A program made the translations under genes and the position numbers. From Heterodontus francisci (taxonomy: Eukaryota), in contig NC_090393.1 in the NCBI RefSeq assembly GCF_036365525.1, forward strand, positions 54,762,488 through 54,826,487: 64,000 bases of DNA. Direction: 5' to 3'. The notes beneath the pieces were generated by a model. It made no database searches, had not been told where the DNA came from, and saw only the letters and a list, made by a program, of their open reading frames with translations. Of this stretch, positions 24,293-36,350 are shown one piece after another (positions within the stretch are counted from its first letter, which is position 1; each line of letters begins with the position of its first letter).

Positions 24293-25374
24293 ACGACTAT
24301 TCCGCTATCTCGTGTGTTGTTATTGTTCTGTGCCGTTGGGTCTGAAACAATTATTAGCAACTTCCTCCATGTGATTAAATAGCGGTTTTATTTTAGCGAC
24401 ATTCTGCACATTTTCTGTAAAGCCTTTAACATCAGTCGGAATACTGAGATTATGTACACGAACACGTGGAAGTAATCTTGCAACATATTTTCAAAGATAG
24501 ACCTACTGAATATTGTTCGTGTAGGGATGGAGCTGAAGAATTCAAAGCACTTGGTGCAAGTGTTTCTAAATCATCTGGTTGCACAAATTCAGGGCAAACC
24601 CCGTGACCGCCTCTCTTTTGGAGACCCCGCACCTAACGCGGTGCAATTTCTGACCTTGCTTTTTTTTCCTCAAAATTATCCGATGACTTTAATTGGTCAA
24701 TAATGGTTAGATTGAATCAGGTTCTTTTAGAAACAAGTCAAACAGCCATAACTAGAGATTCCTTGAGGCCTTTGACCGAAACCAGCTCCTATGTGAGTTG
24801 CGCTTTTTAAATTCAGCCTCACACAAATCAGCAACACGGTGCAAGTATCCCTTTAGTATCTTGCCTTCTTTGATCAGACTGATTTAGAACTACAGTACAT
24901 AAATCGCTAAAGTAGTATTATTAGTTGTTAGGGCCATAGCGAGTGAAAACAAAGTGCCGGCTAATTTCCATTGGAATAGAATACAACAGCAGGGGGGTTT
25001 ATGTTAGAGTTATATAGAACTGTGCTAATTATTTGACTCCGTACTATAAAAATGCTACTGAAGGGCTGGAGAAAGTGCCGAACGTATCTGCAATGTTGTT
25101 ACTACTATTGGGATGATGCGTGGGACTAGAACAGAGAGGCGAAAATATCAGATCTCCACGTACAGATGAAATCAATAGTTTATTTGAAGATACGAGTTGG
25201 GTGGGAGGAGAGGGAGAGTAAGCATTAGTGTTTCGTTCTCTGATTGGTTGGACGTGACAAACGGAGTCCAGCACAGCTTTTCGCCATATATATTAATGAA
25301 ACCATACAGAGTTCGATAAACAAGTTGCAGATCACACCAAATTTGGAGGTAGAGTAAGTTTTGCGTTTCCTCAA

Positions 25375-26990
25375 TGGGATAAAAACCCTCTCAGAAATAT
25401 TAAGCAACCAAGGTGCTAGCAAAAATGAGGAACTGAAAGAAATTAGTATCAGTAAAAAAGTAGTACTGGAGAATTAATAGGACTGAAAGTTGATAAATCC
25501 CATGTACCTGATGATTAACAATGCACATTGTTGAAAGAGTTGGCTGCAGAGACAGTGGATGCGTTGGTGATCATCTTCCAAAATTCGATAGATTCTGGAA
25601 TTGTTCCTGCAGATTGAATGATAGCAAATGTAACCCCACTAATTAAGAAAGGAGGGAGAGAGCAAACGGGAACCACAGAACTGTTTGCCTGAAAGTAGTA
25701 GGGAAAATGCTAGAACCTATGATAAAGGATGTTATAACTGGACAGTTAGAAAATAATGGTAGGATTGGGCAGAGTCAACATGGACTTATGAACGAGAAAT
25801 CATGTGACAAACCGATTAGTTTTTGAGGATATAATTGCAGAATAGATAAGGGGAGCCATGAACGCGGTGTGTTTGAATTTTCAGAATTGGTTGATGAACA
25901 GAAAATAGAGAGTAGAAAAAAACAGGTCATTCTCAGGTTAGTCGGTTTTGACTGCAAGGATCAGTGCTTGTGTGCCAGCTAATCACAATCTTTATCAATG
26001 ATTTGAATGTGGGGGCTGAATGCAATATTTCCAGGTTTGTTGATGACACAAAACCAGGTGGGAATGTGATTTGTGAGGAGGATGCAAAGAGTCTTCAAGG
26101 GGATGCAAACAGGTTATGTGAGTGGGCAAGAATATGATTGATGGAATATAATGCGGTAAAATATGAGGTTATCCAATTTGGTAGGAAGAACAGAAATGCA
26201 GAGTATTTCTTAAATGGTGAGAGATTGGGAAGTATTGATGTCCAAAGGGACCTGGGTGTTTTTGTTCATAAGTCATTCAATGCTAACATGCAGGTGCAGC
26301 AAGCAATTAGGAAGCCAAATGGTATGTTAGCTTTTATTTCAATAGAATTTGAATAGAGGAGTAAAGAAGTATTGCTGCAATTGTGTAGAGTCCTGGTGGG
26401 ACTGCACCTGGAATATTGTGTGCAGTTTTGTTCTTCTTACCAAAGGAGAGTGTCATAGATGGAGTGCAATGATGGTTCACCAGACTGATACCCGGGATGG
26501 CGGGATTGTCCTATGAGAAGAGATTGAGGAGACTGGGCCTATATTCTCGAGAGTTTAGAAGAATGAGAGGTGATCTCATTGAAACATACAAACTTCTTAC
26601 AGGGCTCAACCAAGTTGATGCAGGAAGGATGTTCCCCTGGTTGGGGTGGGGTGGATGCGTTTGAGGTGGAGGGGGTTGGTGGAGCTCTACAACCAGGGGA
26701 AACAATCTCAGAATAAGACGCAGGCCATTTAGGACGGAGATGAGGAGGATTTTCTTCACTCAGAGGGTGGTAAATGTGTGGAATTCACTGGCCCAGAATG
26801 CTGTGGAGGCTCAGTCACGAGTATCTTCAAGACAGAGAGTGATAGATTTCTAGATATAAACAATATCAAGGGATATGGGAATAGTGCAGCAAAATGGCAT
26901 TGAGGTCGAAGATCAGCCATGATCTAGTTGAGTGGCAGACCAGGATCGAAGGGCTCAATGGCCTGCTCCTGTGTCCTTTGTTCCTAAGGT
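25375..26990 (+). mobile_element. Degenerate CR1 LINE (RT to 3' UTR)
   Basis: Motifs QHGLMNEKS, FVDDTK, QRDLGVFVHKS, RMRGDLIETYK; CR1 3' end. Confidence 0.85.
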
Positions 26991-27509
26991 CGAAACTGAA
27001 TGCTCGGAAGGCTTAAATGACCTGTTGCTATATCCTAGATTTTGCGTAGTTACATATAGTGAGAAATTATTAAAATAACATGATCGGGTTACTAATTAAT
27101 ATTGATCTGATCTCAAATATGTTGCTGACACACAACGTGAAAGTTGTTTTCAGTCACCATACCTGGTTGTGCACATTGTTTCATGTCTACTCCTAAGATA
27201 AAATGCTAATGCATGCATTAGATATTATCATTCATGTAGCTGCCACCCAACTTCCACCTGCATTAGGATAGCAAACAATTTGACAGGGCCTTGGTGAGCC
27301 CACACTTGTACTGTGAGCAGTTTTGATCTCCTAACCTAGGGAGGGATATACTTGCCTTAGAGATAGTGCAACACATGTTCAATAGACTGATTCTTGGGAT
27401 GAAGGGAATTGAGTAAACTATGCTTATATTCCTTTGAGATGAGCAGAATGAGAGGTGAACTCAGTAAAACGTATATAATTTTAAGGGGCTTGACAGGATA
27501 GATACTGGG

Positions 27510-28180
27510 AGAAAAGCAAGAAATGCTGGAACCACTCAGCAGGTCTGGTAGCATCTGTGGAAAGAGAAGCAGAGTTAACGTTTCGGGTCAGTGACCCTTC
27601 ATCGGAACTGACAAATATTAGAAAAGTCGCAGGTTATAAGCAAGTGAGGTGGGGGTGGGGCAAGAGATAACAAAGGATGTCTAGAATGGACCAGGCCACA
27701 TAGCTGACCAAAAGGTCACGGAGCAAAGACAAACAATATGTTAATGGTGTGTTGAAAGACAAAGCATTAGTACAGATGAGGTGTAAATACACTGAATATT
27801 GAACAGCAGCAAGTACAAACCTGAAAAAAAAACAGTGGGTAAGCAAACTGAACAAACTGAGATGAAATGAAATAAATGCAAAAAAAAAGATTGTAAAAAA
27901 TGTAAAAAAGAATGTAAATAAAAAGGAAGAAAAAATAACTAAAAATGAAAGTAAAATGGGGGGCTGTCATGCTCTGAAATTATTGAACTCAATGTTCAGT
28001 CCGACAGGCTGTAGTGTACCTAATCGGTAAATGAGATGCTGTTCCTCGAGCTTGCGTTGATGTTCACTGGAACACTGCAGCAATCCCAGGACAGAGATGT
28101 GAGCATGAGAGCAGGGGGGAGTGTTGAAATGGCAAGCAACGGGAAGCTCAGGGTCCTGCTTGTGGACTGAGCGGAGATAG
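27510..28180 (-). mobile_element. Penelope-like element 3' part (GIY-YIG C-terminus + terminal repeat), inserted in a CR1 fragment
   Basis: ORF 27967..28230: LPVACHFN...QRKLEEQHLIYRLGTLQPVGLNIEFNNFRA; flanks 27290-27510 and 28180-28500 are contiguous CR1 sequence. Confidence 0.85.
27572..27612 (-). ncRNA. Minimal Penelope-type hammerhead ribozyme motif (core CCGAUGA variant)
   Basis: Minus strand AGTT-CCGATGA-A-GGGTC-ACT-GACCC-GAAACGTT-AACT: stem I AGTT/AACT, stem II GGGTC/GACCC, palindromic minimal helix III. Confidence 0.55.
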
Positions 28181-28624
28181 ATACTGGGAGGTTTTTTCAC
28201 TTGGCTGGTGAGTCTCGAACTCGGAGACACAGTCCCAAAATAAGAGGCAGATATTTTGGACTGAGATGAAGAGCAATTTCTTCACTCAATCTTCAGAATT
28301 CTGTACCCCACAGGGCTGTGACTGCTCAGTAGTTGAGCTTATTTAAGACAGAAATCGATAGTTTTTTGGATACTGAAAGAATCAAGGAATTTAGGAGTAG
28401 GGCTGGAAAGTGTATTTGATGTGGAAGATCAGCCAGGAAAATCATTGAATGGTGGAACAGGCTCAAAAGACCAAATGGCGCAATGCAATTTCTATTTCTT
28501 TTGTTGCAGTGTTCTAGTTTCTTTGTTTTGTTGCACCACCATGGGCAGTCTGAGTGAAAGAGATTTCCCTTCTCTGACCAGCAGTGTTGTTATGGAGCAG
28601 CCCGTAGGCAACCGCCCCAGTATG

Positions 28625-29285
28625 ATAAAAGCAAAAATAATGCGGATGCTGGAAATCTGAAATAAAAACAGAAAGTGTTGGAAATACTCAGCAGGTCTCG
28701 CAGCATCTGTGGAGAGAGAAGCAGAATTAACATTTCAGGTCTGTGACCTATCATCAGACTGGCAAAGGTTAGAAATGTCATCAGTTTTAAGCAAGTAAAG
28801 CGGGGTGGGGGTAAAGAGAACAAAAGGGGAGGTGTGTGATAGGACAGAGGGCCGGAGAAATTAACTGACAAGAAGGTCAAGGGGAAAAGGCAAAGAGAGT
28901 GAGCTAATGGTGTGGTGAAAGACAAAGCATTAGTGCAGAAAGAGTGTTAATGACAGAATAATTAACAGCCCTAGCCAAAAGCACAAACATGAAAAATCCA
29001 GTTTAAGGCAGGCACATGGTTAAAAAAACGATAAAGCAAAATATAACAAAACAATTATAAAAAAAAAGTGGCCACTCATGCTCTGAAATTATTGAACTCA
29101 ATGTATAGTCCTGGTGCCAAGTCCGAAAATGACATGCTTCTCCTCAATCTTGCGTTGATGTTCACTGGAGCACTGCAGCAGGCCCAGGACAGAAAAGTGG
29201 GCATGGGAGCAGGGGTGTGTGTTGAAATGGCAGGCAACCGGAAGCTCGGGGTCATGTTTGCGGACTGAGCGGAGGTGTTCCGCTG
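28625..29285 (-). mobile_element. Penelope-like element 3' part (second copy)
   Basis: LAPGLYIEFNNFRA C-terminus; same terminal repeat. Confidence 0.82.
28724..28762 (-). ncRNA. Minimal Penelope-type hammerhead ribozyme motif
   Basis: Minus strand AGT-CTGATGA-T-AGGTC-ACA-GACCT-GAAATGTT-AATT: intact CUGAUGA core and stem II. Confidence 0.55.
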
Positions 29286-29479
29286 CTCCACCTCTGGGTT
29301 CGTTTTCTGCAAACCATCATCAGTTGTCTCCTTTTCTGGTACTTGTGATTTCTAGCCAGTAATCTGATGTACCTGTACCAGTTATACGAAACGTAATCAA
29401 AATCTTGAGTTAACGTACCCAACCCCTCAAATTAATGAAACGCTCATTTTCCTTACCAGAAGTAAATTATAACTGCAGG

Positions 29480-29663
29480 AAATAAAAACAGAAAGTGCCG
29501 TAAATTGCAGCTCTGGCAACATCAGAACAGTTCTGATGAAAATCCACAGACCTGAAACGTTAACTCTGTTTCTGTTTCCACAGATGCTGCCAGGCCTGCT
29601 GAGTATTTCCAGCACTTTCTGTTTTTATTTCAGATTTCCAGCATCTGCAGTATTTTGCTTTCA
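29480..29663 (+). mobile_element. Short fold-back Penelope-terminus insertion with 11-bp TSD
   Basis: Flanked by ATAACTGCAGG (29469-29479 and 29664-29674); inverted 5' part AAATAAAAACAGAAAGTGC vs GCACTTTCTGTTTTTATTT; contains CTGATGA...GAAACGTT. Confidence 0.8.
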
Positions 29664-31049
29664 ATAACTGCAGGTAATCTCACCATTAATGAATCTTAAC
29701 CAAGACAGCATTCCAATTAAACCCCTCAAACACAACATGAAGGAGAGTACAAGGGCTCTCTGGAAAATTCAGGGCTCACTATTTATTTACATAGATGTTG
29801 ATCAAATAAAATAGGTGCTTGGAATTTCCGTGGGATTTATCCCACACGTGATCGGTGGAGATGCGAGAGAAACGGCGTAAACGGCGGACGCAGCGCCGCA
29901 TGTTTAAAACATAAACGTTTCTATTAATTCGGGCACTAGCAAAAAGTCAAGTCGGGAAAATCGGGCTGTGAAAAATAACGTGCGACAAACAGGAGTTTCG
30001 GCTAGACTCTGTCTGGACGGTGTTGTTCCATGTAAGCAGTCCTCATCATATTGCGTTCCGAAAACGTGCTCGCGTTGATCTGATCGCCTCCTTCGAAAAA
30101 GCTTCAAATCTCTTGTTCGGTATATCAGCAGAATGGCCTGAATAACGGCGAGGAGTAGCAGTTCGAACAGAGGGAGAAAACATCATCCTCAGCTAGAGAG
30201 AACATCCGCCTGTCTCTGCAGCTCCGCCGTTGAGGAGCAGTTTATTGTTCTTATACTGAGATTGGTCTTCCTGTTTGAGAAACCAGGATCTCAGGTATAA
30301 GTGTTACAATCACAACTCCCTTGATTGCTGACCAATGACACTCAAGTATTGCAGAGGTTCAAGCAATCCATTGAGAATTGCAGATCATTTGCTCTTGTTC
30401 TCTTTGATCTTGGTGAGGGTGGCCGAAAATGCTTTGGAATTGTGCTTACACTCATTCAGCTCTTGACAGCTGCAGTCCGTAAACGTCCCGGAAAAGCGAC
30501 AAGTTACCGGAACTGGAAGACCGCCACAGGAACTAAGAAGTCTTCTTGCCATTTCACTATTGGCATCGGCTGGACGAAAATTAGTTGGTTACTCGAAAAA
30601 TAAAGCATTTACAAGCAATTGGGTGTGAGAAGTAAAAACAAATACATTAAACGTTAGGGCTATATGTGGAAACTACAGGGCCCGGTAAAATATAGCCCGA
30701 GATACTTGCAAAAGTAGAATTGAATGTTTATCTGAAAGTTATAATCAAACTAATGAGACGTGATATTCAAACACAGTGTCAGGTACAGAACACTGCCATA
30801 AGTGTTAGATTTACTGTTCATTCCTTGCAGCAAAATTACACTAATGTTCCATTTCTGTATTTCAAAATAGCCTAAGGGACCAGAAGATTAAGTTTACATC
30901 AAAACAGCTTTAAGGCAAAATCATTAAATGCAAGCACTAGAATATACTCCGAATATCTCAAAGCTTGAAGGATCGGCCCAAACAAAAATTATTTCATGGA
31001 ATAATTTAAATAGAAAAATTTCCCACAAGTAATGTGTAACCACACTTAC

Positions 31050-33070
31050 ACTTCCCAGCGTTCTTGCCTATGGTCCTCCATTCAAGATAACATCTCTGCA
31101 GCTTCGATCTGCTTAATCTCATCCTGACCTGTACCTTAAATGGTCTTTTCCACTTTAAAATCCTTACTCTCTTTCATCGCGGCCAATCCTCTGTATGACC
31201 ATCATCTGCACTCCCTTAAGACGAAGGGAGGAAGACTTGAAAGTTTATGGTGGACAATTGGTTTCGCCATTCATTGCCAGTTTTCATTGGACCACAGAAT
31301 GCACTATCGGGTCTTGTTATCGTCAGTCAAAACTGGTCATTATTCAACGATCGACCAGAATGCACAGCTAACCCCCTAGCTTCTGTTCTCAAATACAATC
31401 CATATTTTAAACCCATCTCCCCTGAAACCACCACCCTCACCTCCAACAATAAGTCACTGACTTTGGACATCCTTGCTGTTTCTCTCCCTTTCCTTGGCCG
31501 ACTTGGGCCAAATTTCCCCTGAAGTTACAACCTGCCCTAGCTCTGAACTTGCATCTTAGTCTCCTATTCTGCTCGTGCCCTCTCCAAGTTCATCTTGTCC
31601 ATGAAGCCAACTGCTGTCCTGAAAGTATTCCAATTAAACTGCTGACCACGCAGTATACCTTCCTGGCCCCGATGTTGTTTGATATTGTGAGTGGTTCTCT
31701 CTCCTCAGGTACTTTCCCCATCTTCAAACCTATCGTCAGCATCCGTCTTCTAAAACAGTCACCCTTACCTTCTGTTCTTGCAAACTGCTGACCCATCTTC
31801 AACCACCCTACCTCTTTGAACTCCTCAAGTGTGTTGTCACCTCCCACATCCATGGCCATCTTTCCAGCAACTCGACTTTTGAGTTGCTCCAGACAGATTT
31901 CTGCCCCAGCCACAGTAAACACCCTCATCAAAATCACAAATGGCATCATTTGTCATTGTGACCATGGTAAACTATTCCTGTTCATCTTTCTCGACCAGTC
32001 TTCAGCCTTTGGCACACTTAACTACGCCATCTTTAACTACCCCGCCTCCAACACCTTTCCATCGCTATCCAGCTGGGTGGGGCTGCCCTCACCTAGTTCT
32101 ATTCTTATCCATCCTGCCGTAGCCAGAGAATAACCTGCAATTGCTCTCTTCTCACTTCCACACATTACCTCTGGCGTACCCCACTGATCTATCCTTGACT
32201 CCCTCCTATTTCTCATCTACTTACTATCCGTTGGGGACTTCATCTGGAAAGACCATGTCAGGCGCCACATGAACACTGATAACATCCAGGTCTGCCTCAT
32301 CACCAGCTCTCTTGTCCTCTCCACTGTCTCTGCTTTGTTATATTGCTTGTCCGACATTTAGTACTAGATGAGCGATGATTTCCTCCAACTAAATATTGGA
32401 AAGAGGGAAGCCATTGTCTTCCATCCTCATCATAAACTCCAGTCCATCGCCACCAACTCCTTCCCTGTCCCTGGCAACTGTCTGAGGCTGAACTAAACTG
32501 TTCGTAACCTTGGTGTTGTATTTGAGCCTTCCAGGTGCTAGTGAACACATAATCCGTCACAAAACTGTCTAATCCCACCTCCATAACATTGCCCGACTTC
32601 ACCCCTGCTTCAGGTCATCTGAAACTGAAACCCTTATCCATTCCTTTATTACCTCTACACATGACTATTCCTACGCTCATCTGGGCAGCTTGCCATCTAC
32701 CACACTACCTAAGCTTGACCTCATCCAAAATTCTGGTGCCCATATGCTACCTCACACCAATTCCTTATCACCCATCTCTCCTATGCTCATTGGCCTACAT
32801 TCAACAATGCCTTAATTTGAAAATTTTCAAATTGCTCCATGGCCTCGCCCCTTGCTATTTCAGTAATTTTCTGCAATCATACAACCCTCTGAAATTTCTG
32901 AGCGCCTCCCGTTCTGGCCACTTACACTGACCCGATTTTAATTGCTCCATTATTGACAGCGGTGCCTTCAGGAGATGAGGTCTTAAGCTCTGGACTTCTC
33001 TCTCTAGACAGCACTGCCTCTCTTCCTCTATCTCCTCCTTGAAGGGGCACCTTAAACCCTATCTCTTTGA
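31050..33070 (+). mobile_element. Old L2-type LINE fragment
   Basis: Degenerate RT motifs TLIKITNGII...FIFLDQSSAFGTLNYAI, GVP..SILDSLLFLIY; typical 3' end. Confidence 0.7.
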
Positions 33071-33398
33071 TCAATCTTTTGGTCCCTGTTCTAACATCTT
33101 CTTTTGTGGTTCTCCATAAAATTTTGTTTGACGATGTTCATATGAAGCCGCTTGGGATATTTTACTGCCTTAAAGTACTCTATAAATGCAAGTGGTTGTT
33201 ATTTTAATAGTAAAGTCAAGTCAGTCATTGCGATTTCTAATACATTGCTTGTCTATTGATAAATCTAGTTTGCAGCTCATCCCTGCGTTGCTAAATCAAT
33301 GAATGGGAGGAGAATATTATCCAAATTGGAGTTCTGGCATCTTTCCCTTTGGCAAATTGATCTCATGTGAAGCTCACAGGCTAAATATGTCACAAAGT

Positions 33399-35022
33399 GA
33401 GCTGGACTTTGCATTCGGTTTGAAGGCGGGTTCTTTGGCGAGGTGGGCCGGAGAATCCGCGCAGAACCGTTTACCAAGGAACCTGATGCCTCATGCTGGG
33501 TTCTGATTTCCTCTGAGGTGCCGAAGTTCCCTGGTGGCACCGCTGCTGCTCTGTGATGGGACTGTAATTTAAATATGTTCAATACAACTTTGCATTGATT
33601 ATAATGTAATTCACTGCAATCTCACCAGCTGTTAGCCATATTCTGCATGACATGTGGCACCTTCTTTCCTGTCTCTGAAAAGCTGGCACCACTGAGGTGA
33701 GAGACCTTGGTGCCTGCAAAGGTTTGGTAAGTTGTGCGTTGTTGTCCTGTTGAACTTGTTTCAACTTCGGACATTACCACTAAGGTCAATCTGCAGATGT
33801 GAGGGAAGTTTGGAATTCTGCAAGTAGATACTGTTGGGGAGGGGGAAGGGGGGAACTCTGCAAGTGGATACTGTTTGCGGGGATGTGAGGAGCTCTGCAA
33901 GTGGATACATCGTTTGAGGGGGAGCAGAACTCAGAAACTGTATAGGTTGTTTTTAATGGGGGTCCAGTGCAGGCGACTCAAATGGTATTCTGATGGTCAT
34001 GATGGCTTGCACTTATTTAAAAGTTTTGAGGGCAACATCAATCCATACCATAGAGCTCATGCTGGAACACTTTGAAACTAGAGATTAACACAAATATCTT
34101 CCCAGATATGGAAAGCTGCCAGAATTCCAAAGTTGAACTTTGGAAGCAATCTGAAGTTGCAAGGAGGATAGAGTTGGGTGTGATTCACCTGACATTCCTG
34201 AATCCCCTTGCTGTGATGAGGCATCGCTACTGGAAGCGGACCCAAGAGACAGGTGTGGCTCAAGAGGAAACTCCTAGACATGAGCAGTGGAAGTCACCAA
34301 GGCGAAGGGGAGCCCAGATATGCTGTGAGTCCAAAGCACTCGGATGACATACCTGCAGATGTCTGAGCACCCGTGCCAAAGTCAACTGCAAATGTCAAGA
34401 AAGGCTGCCACACACCTCTGTGCACTGCTGAATGATGATTTGTAACCAATGGATTTTGGTGGTCACCCTATGGCCGTGGCTCTCAAAATTACTGTAACCT
34501 GAAACTCTGGATCATTCCAGGGGTCCACTAATGGCATGTGCGGGGTCTCTCAATCCACAGTGCACCGCTGCATCAAGGAGATGACTGATGCTCTGTTCAG
34601 GAGGGATGTCGAATATGTTTGTGACAGGACAGGCCCAGCAAGCCGGGCCAAGAGGGCCATTGGATTTGGGGCCATTGCAGGATTCGCACAGGTCCAAGGT
34701 TTGATCGAATGCACACATCTGGCCATCAACGCTCCCACGGACTGATCAGCCACCTTCATAAACATAAAGGAGTATCATTCAATCCATGTCCAATTAGTGT
34801 GTGACCACAGAAAGCGCTTTTTACAAGTGTGTGCTTGTTTCAGCCAGCTGCCATGACTTCTACATACTTTGTCAGTCCCAGGTGTCAGTACTTTTCACTG
34901 CTCCCGCTCACCCTCACGGGTGGATTCTTGAGGATATGGTTTCTGACATCAGTAAGGTACTCCACCAAAGATGCTGAAGAGTGCTTCAAAGCCTTCCAAG
35001 GCTCCTCCCGAGTGACCATCCC
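33399..35022 (+). mobile_element. Harbinger transposon 5' part (copy B), up to the Gypsy insertion site
   Basis: GVSQSTVHRCIKEMTDAL, QGLIECTHLAINAP; paralogous to 3487-5113. Confidence 0.85.
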
Positions 35023-35992
35023 TGTCATGGTCCTGCAGTTTTCGATTTTTGGGAATATGCAGTTTGCCTATAAGGCTTGCAAAGGATCAGTTTTGCTTTA
35101 AGAGCCAGCAAGCCTCAGGAGTTATCGGCTGCTGCATTTTCGTTTGGAGACTGCGATTCAAATGGTGCTTTCTCGTTACCATAGATACAGCCATTGGGAG
35201 TTAGTATTAAGTGATACATTTGTTACACTTCAATTTTGAACTGGCTTTTTAGTTGAAGACAGTTAATTCTAACTGAACACATACAGAGAGGACACACACA
35301 GACACACAGCTCTGGTGTTTAGCCCTTGAAAAAGAGCTCTCAATCATTTAAACTGAAGGAATAGGATTTTAGACTGCTAATTATTATCTCTCAAAATTCT
35401 AAAAAAAAGTCAAACCAAAATTGTGATCTCTGGTAATTTAAACTGAAGGATGGGAAGTTAGACTGTGACAATCTTTTACCCTCAGAAAACTCTAAAGTCG
35501 GATTAATTCTATTGAAAGCGCTCGCAAGTTGTTAATTGGTGAAATCCAGCACGGAAGAAGGAAAGCATCACCTACTGCTGGAATAGACTATGGACTGTTC
35601 TACTGTGGAAGAACCTCTTTTCACATAGCACAGCTGTGAGGACTTCATGCAACATTCTGTGAGGACTTCAAGCAACATTGGACTGTAAATTTGCAAGGAC
35701 TCTAATTTTTTCTATTTTAAATGTTGTTTATATCTTCATAGTGTTTAAGAATTTAGTTCTTCCAGTTAAAGAGTTAATTTATTGATTTAAAGACACCTGG
35801 TTTGGTTTGCCTCATTCGGGGGGTTGATAGATGGTACAATTTGGCTGCTTCTTTCTTTAATTTGGAAAGTTTTAAATGATATGTTAGGCAATCCGTGGAG
35901 TGACGGGATTGAACTAACAATGCGTTTTTCCTACTACAATCAGAATCGTATATTTTGATTGGGGGCTTTGACTGGACCAGTCGGTGATAACA

Positions 35993-36350
35993 TATTTATT
36001 GGAAGCTCATCCGCGATTTGAATAACATAGTAATCCGGGGCTCGCTCAAGATTTGAATCACATATTTATTGGGGGCTCATCCCAGGATTTGAATAACATA
36101 GTAATTGGGGGCTCACTCAAGATTTGAATCAGATATTAATTGGTTTTCTTGGGATTTGAATCATATCTTAATTGAGGGCTTGCTCACAGTTGAATCTTAT
36201 TTAATTCGGTGGCTCACATCTGGGATCAGAGTCAGACAAATTTGGAGGGCTCGCATTTGGAATCATAGTAATTACTCATCTCTGGGATAACATATTTAAA
36301 TTGGGGTCTTGTGTTTGGCATCAGATTAATTGCTCTTGAGTCCGGGATCT
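35993..36350 (+). repeat. Tandem array of degenerate tRNA-Pro PBS units after the 5' LTR (copy B)
   Basis: E.g. 36000-36022 TGGAAGCTCATCCGCGATTTGAA and 36070-36093 TGGGGGCTCATCCCAGGATTTGAA vs TGGGGGCTCGTCCGGGATTTGAA; about 4 clear units and 5-7 decayed ones. Confidence 0.78.

Noticed and set aside
35993-36350. CRISPR-like appearance of the ~35-nt repeat array
   Set aside because: Eukaryotic context, no unique spacers and no cas genes; the units are explained by LTR end + tRNA PBS.
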